DNA of 63,838 nucleotides, counting the filler, from Choristocarpus tenellus KU-1152 (Eukaryota; Protista; Phaeophyceae): the NCBI GenBank assembly GCA_964200185.2. It is 11 parts of 11 records of this genome, joined end to end, with 100 filler letters (N's around TTAATTAATTAA, not from the genome) between each part and the next. Parts side by side here need not be neighbours in the genome. Positions count along the whole stretch, not along the records: positions 12,668 to 16,380 come from CAXNAD020018354.1; positions 16,481 to 20,522 come from CAXNAD020016520.1; positions 20,623 to 23,577 come from CAXNAD020023383.1; positions 23,678 to 28,419 come from CAXNAD020013248.1; 7 more parts are not named here. The stretch is one strand, 5' to 3'. Positions 13,537-24,250 of this stretch are shown here, piece after piece. The position numbers were made by a program, and so were the translations under genes. Every line of letters begins with the position of its first letter. The stretch's first letter is position 1. A model generated the notes under the pieces. It did not search any database. It was not told the origin of the DNA and worked only from the letters and a program-made list of their open reading frames with translations.

Positions 13537-14231
13537 CTGCATATACGTCCATCGTCGATCAAAGAGGAGGACGTCACCAGTCTTGAGCTGTTCCGCCAGC
13601 ATGTCGTCTTCCAATCCAGAACCATTCCACCCATAGACACAGGGTGGTTGCATGCAATGATGGAGCAGAACGGACAAAAGCAGCGTTTTCATTGACATTC
13701 ATGCGGAATGCTGGTAGAAATACGATGGGTGCCTCATAAGTAATGTGGGTCGTTTTGTCCTCAAAAGTTACACATGAGACTTGGCACCTAGTCTGATACA
13801 CCAATAATTAACAGGTGGTATGATATCCCCGTCATGAATTGCCCATCCCAGGGACAAAATTTTTGGCAGTATCAATTTAACGACGGGGAAAGGGATTACA
13901 AGAAAAGATCCGCCAATGAAGAGTCCGGATATCCACGGATTTCAGTTTGCATGATGACAATTGGGATGGAGTATGTTGACTAGCCTTCAAAAACCAACCC
14001 CTCATCGACACAGCCCATTGCAAATGAGCAATTAGAATTAACAGTACTATTGGATGAATAAATACGAAGTAAGGGTGAAAAGTAGATACGAAGCTGACCT
14101 GAAGATCCAACAGGAAAGCGGACATCTGGAGGCTCCTTGTCTCTCTCCATAGAGACCCATTTGGACCAAGCCGCCAGTCCAACCACAGGGGTGGAGATGA
14201 TGACTGCTCGACGCAAACGATGCAGGATCAT
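13537..14231 (-). CDS. 5' exons of a putative permuted papain-like (NlpC/P60, YaeF/YiiX-type) protein
   Basis: Exon 14231-14099 (MILHRLRRAVIISTPVVGLAAW, targeting-peptide-like) plus exon 13607-13537 (DDMLAEQLKTGDVLLFDRRWTYMQ). LKTGDVLLF is typical of the N-terminus of this family; catalytic His/Cys exons not found in this contig. Confidence 0.45.
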
Positions 14232-15056
14232 GGCACGTCGATTTCCTTTTCCCAGCTAGCGTTCTAAATACACAGCACAGCAACACACCTGTGGTGATTT
14301 CTGTTTGTCAGATGCAGGGTTTGTGGACATGTTGCTTCAAAGAGCCAGTGTGGATTTGTGAACAAATTCTGCGCGCAGTGTCCTTTTTACTTCCCTTCTT
14401 CACAGAAAACAATCTGTTGATGTTTGGTCTCGTTACAAGGTCTGTTGAGGTGAGCTATGTAGTGCGCTGCGCTGCACGAGATTTTGCCTATTTTATGGTG
14501 ATAAATTCAGGTCGCCATTGGCTACCTCGCACAACTGATCGATCGGTAGCCTCTATTTCATGTCTGTCCGCAATAACGGTTGTAGTTTGATAATTGTATA
14601 ATCTTTTGCAAGGTTTTGGGGGCTACCAACGACACTCCTTGTGATTGCTATGGTGTTCTAGAGTTGATGTCTTTCTAATGCTTAAAATACATGTTTTCCC
14701 CTCTGCTGCATGATTAACAACAGCTTGGAAGGTTTCACATAAACCCTCTTCGTCAGGCTTAATCAAATACCTCCATTTTTTGGTTCCTCCATTTCTGTAC
14801 AAAGGCTGCTTACCTTGAATGGTTTTGGCAATCCTGGGAGGGAAGATTCGCTAAGTTCATAGCAAAGTTGGGAGACCTTTCGACCGAAACATCGACCAAG
14901 CTCTCGCTTGATGGTATAACAAGCAGGTGGGGGAACGAAAGCTCAGTGCGGTACCCTTCAGGGGGAAATCTTGAGGTTTTATAAGTGGGAATAACTGCGG
15001 AAGGGAAGGGACGCTCAGCCGATCACCATAGCATCGGAACAGCCAAGGCGTCAGGG

Positions 15057-15223
15057 ATGTCTTGCGGTGCAACGTCAAGTCTCCGCTTGTCACAACACCC
15101 AGTGACATGTCTGCTCATTACTGTGGTGCCTGTCCTTACCTTCGTCGCCTATTTTAGCGGCTCGGCACGTGATTCACTTACTCTCATATGGAACCACACT
15201 TTCATGAACAAGTTCTTCTTCTG
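15057..15223 (+). CDS. Possible early exon of a membrane protein (TMEM115/rhomboid-like)
   Basis: HPVTCLLITVVPVLTFVAYFSG...LTLIWNHTFMNKFFFW followed by a strong GTGAGT donor; downstream exons not identified. Confidence 0.3.
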
Positions 15224-16480
15224 GTGAGTGCTCTCTAGAGCCGAGTTGAGATGCGAAATGCCCATGGTATTGAGAAGCATCCATCCAACAGTCTTGTATG
15301 CAAGCTACACATGATCTCTCACTGCCAGTGATACACGTATAAATTTTGAGATACTGATCTCACACCGCTTGCGACATATGCATATATATATATATTCGAC
15401 AAATCTTGGGACTAGAGCACTGCAGTTGATCCTTAATGTGTTGGCCTCAATGAGTGCTGAGTGCATGTGTGCCAGAGACTTTGATGGTGAACAGAAATTG
15501 CAATAGCAATGTGGACTTGAGACTTGTTGCTTCCCTCCTCTTTAGATAGATGGGTAGTTTTAATATCACCCTTGCCGAAGAGCATAGCTCCGTCATATTG
15601 GATTCTCGGGTCTTTGATGTATTCCTCAAAATTGTGTTATCTGTGTGTGTGTGTGTGTGTGTATGTGTGTTAGTGTGTGTGTGTAGAAAATGATTGGTGA
15701 GTATCAGGCTTTTAAGGGCTCTTCGTCCTTGCATCATGTTCTACTTGTTCTCATTGCCTCCACCTGTTTATTGTTCAAACCTATTCAGAAGAGTGAACAA
15801 GCTCTTTTTGTTACAACTAATGCGATGGGGATAACCAACCTGTCCAAACATAATCCATGTGTACGTGTGCGTTGAATTATTATTGTTGCTATTGTCCTGT
15901 GTCACCCCCTTCACTCACTCCGTCCACCGCCTTCCTGCCTTACGAGCCATGATTACCCAACATTTCCACGCTCTGATGGTGATTCTGGACAAGTGTGTGT
16001 GAGTGTGGGCAGGAAGTGTGCGTGATGTGGGCTGATGTGGACTATAGCGAGTCATGGAGGTGTTTCTGGTAGATGGGTGATCATAAGGACGTGTAACTGT
16101 TGTCAATATGAAAGGAAATACGAACTCATCAACATCTGTGTTGCTTGATGACTGCAGAGAGAAAGCCTACTAAATGTTCGGGAAACCCAATCCTGCAGTA
16201 CGCATTGGGCAGACATGCCATGCATGTCTCAAGCAGAACCACTCCATTTGAATGTCACGTGTATATAACTCCATCCAACTATTGCTGCTCAAGAGTGCCG
16301 ATATATCAATGCCACAATGCTGTTGGCAATACTATTAGTACTTGAATTTCCTCTCCCTCCCCCCCCCCCCTGAAAAACACNNNNNNNNNNNNNNNNNNNN
16401 NNNNNNNNNNNNNNNNNNNNNNNNTTAATTAATTAANNNNNNNNNNNNNNNNNNNNNNNNNNNNNNNNNNNNNNNNNNNN

Positions 16481-16697
16481 CCCCCTCCCCCCCCAGATAC
16501 TTTGGGTCGGTTTTTATGACAATTTCCTAATCCAAAATATTTTGGCGTAGGTACAATGTATGTTATGAAAAGGTGTGTCTGGAACAAGGATATTGACACT
16601 TCCTGACAAACACGATAGCCAAAACTACATCAAAATCGCAACATTGGATTTTGGCTCCCAAATGGATGCGGCTCAACCCTCTAAGATACTTTGGCTC
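16481..16697. mobile_element. MITE A terminus (16481-16508) nested in partial MITE B (16509-16697)
   Basis: CCCCAGATACTTTGGGTC is followed directly by B-internal sequence, which ends CCCTCTAAGATACTTTGGCTC. Confidence 0.8.
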
Positions 16698-16800
16698 AGT
16701 TCAGTTGTATTTTAAGGATCCCCCAAAATGGCCAAAACACCCATTCTGCATATTATGCCAAGGGTCTTTGCTCCGTTGTGGGGGTCTTTTACTTGTTTAG

Positions 16801-17303
16801 TCAGCCTCCCTTCTCTGCAGTGACAGTGACAACTTTCTTTTGGAGGCTGCTATCTTGCATGTAATTTTGACAACCAGGAGTATTTTCCAGGGGACAACAA
16901 TAGACACATGGTGCGAAACGGACAAAATGTGTGGAACTCCCGGTTAGTATCACTTTTGACTTTGACTTAGACAGAATAGTGCTGTGAGTCACTTTTGACT
17001 TTGACTTAAACAGAATAGTGCTGTGAGTCACACTTTTGACTTTGACTTAAACAGAATAGTGCTGTGAGTCACACTTTTGACTTTGACTTAAACAGAATAG
17101 TGCAGTGAGTCATAAGTATACTGCACGTAGGATATAGCAAGATGTTGCATCAGGCATGTTACAGGAATTATGTTGGGATTTATTGGGTCAATTGTTGCAG
17201 TGAAGTATAGATGGGTGCTTGCAGGACTGAGTCCCTTAGGGTCAATTGTCGCAGTGGAGTATAGATGGGTGCTTGCAGGACTGAGTCCCTACCTACTGGT
17301 GGG

Positions 17304-17352
<49 letters not shown>

Positions 17353-20300
17353 TGCCCTCTCCCTCTAGTGTAGGCAACCAGAACTAAAATATTTCTCTTT
17401 CTCGTTGGGCTCCAGAATGAGTGAGGTTGAGGAAACATGCTCTATGGTCTAACCTGCTGTCCTTGATGAGGCGGTACTTGTTGCGGAGAAAGTTGACAAG
17501 CACTTGAGAGGAATCATTGTACTTGCACACTGTGTTGAACCTGAGGTGGTTCATCACAACATTTTGAAAAAGATGGTCCGTCATAATGTGTCTGTAAAAA
17601 TGTGTCTGTAATAAATCCACCCCATGAAAAAAAAAATCGTTTCAGAAATCGTACTACAGAGAGTAGTAAGGCTCTGAAGGTGTGTGAATGAACTGACAGA
17701 ATACAGCAGTAGCAGTAGTGGAAGGTACGCACTAAGCTCGCAGGTTAAGATATCAAATACTTTTTTCAGAACAAGTTCTAGACAGCAAAGAGCGATGCAC
17801 CAGCACACCTTGTAGCAACGCAGTTGCCAACCTCAACCACCTCTGGGTCTCCCGCTGTCCTTGCTAGCACACTGTAACGCCTCTGACAAAGTGAATTGAC
17901 TTGTTCCACCAATGACCAAGTCCCAGGACTCCATGCAATGAACTCACAGCCCTGAACATGGGAGAAGATATGGTGCTGGATGTTCGATGGGCATAAACGC
18001 ACACAACACTCTCCTGGGAACCTGTAATAAACCAAGACTGTGTTCAGCTTTGGTCCACACAAGATGTAAGTATAGGTCAACATAATAGTCAAGCAGGATG
18101 AGACAATATTTTGTCAATGGAGTAGGCCAAGCCACAATTAGTTTCCATTGGACAATGATGGGACTTCACACTCTATATGAAGTGTGTCTCATGCAGTTTG
18201 GGGCCAAAGTATCTGGGGGGGGGGGGGGGTTAGCGACTGTCCATTTGGGGCCAATTTTTTAATATCACGATTTTTGGGTGATTTGGTTGCATACGTCGGA
18301 TGGATATGTAAGTCCACTTTTCCTGGTTATGGCCCACATGGACACCCTGGTGTAGACCCTTCCCCCCCCCAAGATACTTTGGGTCATTGCATGATGCTAC
18401 CATTATGCTGCGATAGTACACAAGGTCAGTATCTTAGAGAGCCAAAGTATCTTAGAGGGTAGAGCCATGTCCATTTGTGGGTGAAAATCCAATGTTGCGA
18501 TTTTGATGTAATTTTGGCCATCGTGTTTGTTAACAAGTGTCAGTATCCATGTTCTGGACACATCTTTTCATATCGTGTACATTTTACCTACTCCAATACA
18601 TTTTGGAGTAGGAAAATGTCATTTTAAAAAACCCATGGGAAGTCAAGCCCCAAATGGACAAACAGGGCAAAACTCGTACCCTCTAAGATACTTTCACTCT
18701 TATGATTCACCCCTGATAGGTGCTTTTCAATCAAACACTGATGCAGCAAACTAGTCCCAAGCCCTACTACCTAACTATCTTACTACCTAACTACCTTGGC
18801 AAATTCTTGCGATCAAGAGCTTTTGTGTTGATGTCAGAAGCAGTCTTGATTTTCCCATGTGGTGCCCCAATAGATGACAGAAGTGCAGCCTGTGGGAGGA
18901 TGGCATAGCTCAGATCATACTAAATCATTATTGTGTTTAAATTTGTTCAAGCAGTTTTGTCTACTCTCTACATTGAAGCACAATTGTATTTGAGTCCTAT
19001 GAATACTAGTTATCTGTCGTATCTGATCGCAGTTTTGCAAACAAATTACAACAGCATAAAGTAAGGGAAAGGCGTCACCTTCACAATAAACAAATACACT
19101 ACGTAGTTGCATTGTTGTAGGGTCTTCACCAGGTCAGCAAATTGGAAAGGTCCCATCCACCACCAGACTGGTCCTACAATTATTTCACATGTCTCAGTCC
19201 ATGTCCACATGGTATTGAACCAGTCCATGTCTGCCAGCCAGACCAGGTCAAATATTCTATGACAAGTCTGGACTATATCCACAGGGTATTCTACTGGTCC
19301 ATGGCCACCAGTCGACCAGTCTAACTTTTCCCCTTGCATGTCCAGACCATGGCTGCCCATGAGTTCAATTTTTTTTTCCTGGCATGTCTGGACCATGTCC
19401 ACTCTGTGTTATACAAGCTATACAAGTGTGTGAATGTGAGACATTCGCACACACTCATGGATCACAAATCACCTCAGACATCTAACAATGCATCTGCATT
19501 GAATTTACAGTCTTAATATTCTAAACAAAATAACACAAAATAACATAGAAATATCACAATATATAATATATTATTACTTAACTGTTGAAACTTGGAATTT
19601 AGGATACAATATTCAAAAAGAGTGATAAAATATAAATTAGGAGGCATGGCCATGACGTGGCCGACCCAAGTGTTAAAAAAAAACTACCTGACCAGCCATA
19701 GAGAAATGTTCTAACATGGCTGAGTCCATGGCCATCACTTACTCAACATGACCTCGCCGACTGCTCAGCCGTGTACAACCAATTTCAAACATGGCCGAGT
19801 CCATAACCATCACATACTCAACATGACCGGGACAGTCACCGTTCATGTATAACCAAGTTCAAGCATGACTGAGTCCATGGCCATTGATCGTTTCAACAAG
19901 GCCGGGCCACAGACTGCCCCATGGTCATACGGCCAACAGTGGACATGTTAACTGCCTGGCCTGGTGAGAAGCCCTGTATTTATTAGTACTTGCCTTGACC
20001 TCATTGCAGGCTTTCGCACCAGCATTGGCAAGAACTGCAACTCCTACACCTTTCAACTCTGCAGAAATTTTTCTTATCCCCACATTACCATTTGGGACCC
20101 AACAGCTTTTCTCCTTTTCAAAAGAGAAGATATCTCCTGTTGCCCAATCAACAGCCACCTCCTCCACCTGAATAGATTTGATGTGGGGTCTCGTTGAAAA
20201 AGAAAAAGGTAGGTCAATTATGCTACCATGCTGTATTGTCAAGTACTTCTTACTTCGAAGTATACTTTGTACTATTTCTCCAGTGTACCCAAGTTGACAT

Positions 20301-20522
20301 ATTAAGAAAAGACTGGCAGACCTACCTCAGAATCACTACCAAAGCGCCTGGTGTTGGTGCAATAATCTCTGGGATGCATGGTTGGAAGCTCTAGCACGCT
20401 TCCACCTTCTCCATTGCCATTAAGGACCCTCATACGCCGACCATCTGTGGCGCAAACATATGCCACCACGTATGCACCACTCCCAGCAGCAAACATGCAC
20501 TTGTCAACATGGCGAGCAGTGC
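16801..20522 (-). CDS. Uncharacterised protein, 3' part (5-6 exons)
   Basis: Exons 20522-20326, 20167-19994, 18889-18795, 18021-17809, 17540-17454 and probably 16849-16801 join in phase without stops (...GSDSE|VEEVAVDWATGDIFSFEKEKSCWVPNGNVGI...|AALLSS...|FPGECCVRL...|FNTVCKYNDSSQVLVNFLRNKY...). Family not recognised. Confidence 0.65.
16951..17112. repeat. ~40-bp tandem repeat x4
   Basis: CACTTTTGACTTTGACTTAAACAGAATAGTGCTGTGAGT(CA) units. Confidence 0.92.
17185..17349. repeat. ~54-bp tandem duplication followed by (CT)n microsatellite
   Basis: GGGTCAATTGT..GCAGTG..GTATAGATGGGTGCTTGCAGGACTGAGTCCCT twice, then ~22 CT units. Confidence 0.9.
18201..18385. mobile_element. MITE family A (intronic)
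   Basis: GGGCCAAAGTATCTGGGG...CCCCAAGATACTTTGGGTC with family A interior. Confidence 0.85.
18439..18699. mobile_element. MITE family B, complete (~260 bp)
   Basis: 23-bp TIRs GAGCCAAAGTATCTTAGAGGGTA / TACCCTCTAAGATACTTTCACTC; internal hairpin CCTACTCCAA..TTGGAGTAGG. Confidence 0.88.
19700..19935. repeat. Degenerate ~74-bp tandem repeat x3
   Basis: Recurrent AACATGGCYGAGTCCATRRCCATCAC.TACTCAACATGACC; a similar CCATG-rich degenerate array lies at 19160-19400. Confidence 0.65.
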
Positions 20523-21623
20523 NNNNNNNNNNNNNNNNNNNNNNNNNNNNNNNNNNNNNNNNNNNNTTAATTAATTAANNNNNNNNNNNNNNNNNNNNNN
20601 NNNNNNNNNNNNNNNNNNNNNNAATTGATTGTTCCATTACTCCATACATATTTTACCGTAACTGTCCGATAGAGTTGGAAGAGTCTAATCGAACATAAGA
20701 TACTTTGGCTCCTCAACCATCAACACTCTCTGTTCCAGATTTGAGACCACGGAACCTCCAGACGAAGGGTTATTCAGAGCTGAATTGTCTGAGAGTACAT
20801 CATGCTGACCATATTGCTTCATCTAATCGGTTTTAAATCCTCCACATGAACTAAAACTCGAAAAAAAAATCATACTACTACACAAATGTGCGCACATGGA
20901 TCGCAAGATAAACGGGGCGTTTGGGAAGCGTTTGGGTGTGTGGATGATGAACTGAATGATGGGTAAAAAAAAATGGGTTATCTATTAATCTCGATTAATC
21001 AGAATCGACCCATAGTAGGGTTTTCCTTCACAGATTGCTGGCATGGACATATTCAACAGGGAGGGCCTACACTTCACGAGGAATCCAAAATGTGACCTCC
21101 CTTCGCTCTTATTCACGCTGTGGGAGGATGTCATCATTTGAATGAGTGCACAAATCATCACTATTTCTATTATTTTGCCCTCTGGCATTTTGCACCTACA
21201 CACATCTGGAAAATCAGTAAAACTTTGCGCATTTTTGTCAGCATCCTCACAATGCAAATCTGGGTACCTCTTGCTTACTTCGAATCATTGCCCAGAAATA
21301 TATTTCGTTTCGTTTAACTTACTTATCATTCCGGTTAAGTCCGTCCGTATCTTTCTTTCTGTTAGGCTGTTTTCTCATTGCAATTCTCCGTTTGCCTGTT
21401 TTCTTGCATACACTGTTCTCCCCTTATCTTATTTTTGGGCGATGATTGCACTTTTTCCTGCGGCTTCTTCTGTTCTTCCTTTTCACTCACTTCTATTCCT
21501 TTTCTTACACACTTTTTTTTTCTTAGTCGCCTTTTCACAAGAAGAAGTGTGCATTGCCTTCTTTGAACTACCTTGTCAACCACGGGACATACATCTGTAC
21601 ACATTATTACTATATATATTTTT

Positions 21624-21890
21624 GAGTGAATGTATCTTGGAGGGTACGAATTTTGCCCTGTTTGTCCATTTATTTGGGGCTTGGCTTCACATGGTCTTTT
21701 TATGACAATTTCCTACTCCAAAATGTTTCGGAGTAGGAAAAAAGTGTAAGTTTTGAAAATTCGTGTCTGAAACATAGATATTGACACTTTCTAACAAGAA
21801 TGATAGCCAAAACTACATCAAACATACTTCGTAACATTGGATTTTGACCCCCAAATGGAGGCGGCTCTACCTCCTAAGATGCTTTGCCTA
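21624..21890. mobile_element. MITE family B (opposite orientation to 18439), TTT flanks
   Basis: Reverse complement of the 18439-18699 copy with decayed TIRs. Confidence 0.85.
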
Positions 21891-21979
21891 TTTTTATTTC
21901 TTCTCTTTTTTGTTTCCGATACTTTCATCTGGGGATTATCCTGACCCGTGATCAGAGGCACTACACACTACAAGCACTA

Positions 21980-22159
21980 GGCTCAAAAGTATCCGGGAGG
22001 AAGGGGAGGTTTACACTGGGGTGTCCATTCAGGCCCTGACCAGGAGAGGTGAAATTACATTATCCACCCTACACATGAACCGTATCACCCAAAAATCGCG
22101 ACATGGAAAAATGGACCCCGAATGGACAGCTCCCACCACCCCTCCAGATACTTTGAGCC
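21980..22159. mobile_element. MITE family A with CTA target-site duplication
   Basis: cta-GGCTCAAAAGTATCC...CCAGATACTTTGAGCC-cta; inverted relative to the 1377 copy. Confidence 0.88.
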
Positions 22160-22411
22160 CTACATACTGCACTTCTTCTCATACTACTGTCCTATCAGTT
22201 GCACTATCACTAGCTGCACTGGCCCATGAGTGCCTTGCTTCTCATGCATTAGGTTTAGCACCCCCCACCCACATCATCGCCCTGTCTCCTTTGTCTCATC
22301 CCTTGAAATCAAGCACCATTCGTACGTGTCCATCCACGATGAAACTACTACACCACCGCGATCTAAGTCGTCTGTCCGTGTCATTTTATGGTTCAGGTCA
22401 AAACGATATCA

Positions 22412-22552
22412 AATAGTAAGGTAAAGATAGATGCACCTACCCAATGGCCTTACCCTACAGCCCATCGAACGAAACCACATTTCTTGAGAAGAAAACCTTG
22501 CCTCAGCAGGGGTTTGAACCCGTGCATCCCCTTTACGGAACGGTGTAGCTGT
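22412..22552 (-). mobile_element. Possible tRNA-derived SINE (5' decayed)
   Basis: Minus strand has a B-box/T-arm GGGTTCAAACCCC and a simple-repeat tail CTTTACCTTAC; no clear A box; single copy in window. Confidence 0.3.
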
Positions 22553-24250
22553 TGCATACTTATTTTGGCAAATTAAATAGTCTGAATATATGTCCAGTAG
22601 CTTGCTTCCCATTTTTAACTTTCAATTTATTTAAAAACACAACATTTTTACAATATTTGCGCAAATTTTTCTATTTTTGCGTAAGGTGAGTCACTAATAT
22701 CAAGGATCAACCAGCGAGTAGTGAAACCTCAGTTATGTACGTAAGTTCGCGATCATAACCATACGAAGTATAATTTATATTTCTGTACATTATTAAGATT
22801 GTTGGGAAAGAGATGATGGAAGAAAATTTTGTCATAGAAAAAATGCCTAAAAAGTTTGTTCTCTGTCAACTTTTTGAAACGTTTTGTACGTTGTTGCACT
22901 CGCACGTAACATCCCCCCCTCCACCAAATGCTCAACCCGGTATACTCTGTGGTACCCCTAGTCCAGCAACCGTTCGAGCCCACTTGCTCAGAAAAGCTCT
23001 CATTCATTGTCCACAACAACACAACAATTTGAGACCATTCACTCCATACTTCTGATGCGCTGGACAACACTCTGGGTCATCCCTAAATATTGGTCTAAAT
23101 GAAAACAAGACCAGAAGAGATGGCCATTCAACAAACACTTAGCCAATTCGGTACGTAACGTCGTGTGTTCAGGCTCAATGTTCCAGGAGTTTAGCTCAAT
23201 CAACGAAAGTCTGTTGTTCAAACAAGTCATTGTGAATAATGGAAAACATTATGTATCAAGCTGTGTGCTGTGAGTGTTACGCTGTCCAAGGTGTGACATT
23301 ATACTTCTGATTATCATTCCTCCCACGCAGTTGCCTAGTACAAAAGTGCCAGGCCAGTAGTGTAAAATAAAATAAAACGAGTAACATGATTAATCAAGAG
23401 GACAACAAACTCTAACTCTGAGGAATTTAAGCCGGGTTTTTCCTGAAGCTGTGCTGAAGAACCCTGAATCTTGTACTGCGTAGGAACAGTCCTTCACAAA
23501 GGCGCCCCCCCCCCTTACACTGCCTTTTGCTACTGAGGTCAGGTAGCGTGTTTAGACCCAAAGTATCTGGGGGGGAGNNNNNNNNNNNNNNNNNNNNNNN
23601 NNNNNNNNNNNNNNNNNNNNNTTAATTAATTAANNNNNNNNNNNNNNNNNNNNNNNNNNNNNNNNNNNNNNNNNNNNATATACAGTGTGTGTCGGCGATC
23701 CCAAAAAGGAACCTGTCCCTGACAGATACGACATCCTTCATTCATCTTATTATGTATATTTATATTATATGCCCTCTCACATTTCCAGATATATTGTTGT
23801 ATCATTTCTTGACACTTTGTAGAAGTCGAAAACTACCATCAATTGAAGAACATTGTTTTTATAATTAGAAAACGAGAAACTCCTTGATCTTTTTTGGTAC
23901 CCTGAACGAAAAATGTCATCAAGATATTTAAATCTTGTGTTTGATTGATTGAGGTGACTACATCTTTTGGGGTTAGAAATTGGATCCTTTCGGCATTATC
24001 AACGAATCTACTATATACGATGCACCATCCATATTTTGTTTTGTTCAATATTGTATCTTCATTCTTACTATTTCTTATTATTTTGATGGATGGATGTTGA
24101 TTGTTATGTTTTTATCTCTACAATATTGTACATAATTTTAGCTGCATGGTTCAAACTGGCTCAAACCTTCTATCACCAAATCATAGAGACCTACCTTCTT
24201 TTTAGCAATCACCATATGCCCGGAAACACAGCAGCGGATCAAAGGAACGC

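Noticed and set aside
21142-21705. 187-aa hydrophobic ORF
   Set aside because: Antisense shadow of purine-rich decayed sequence; it runs into a MITE.
22900-23230. Coding-like minus-strand remnant with stops
   Set aside because: No family recognisable by eye and no consistent splice structure.
23555-23577. MITE A termini enriched at contig ends (also 16481, 28419, 31054, 35315, 61251)
   Set aside because: Explained by assembly breaks at repeats and poly-G/C tracts, not by biology.
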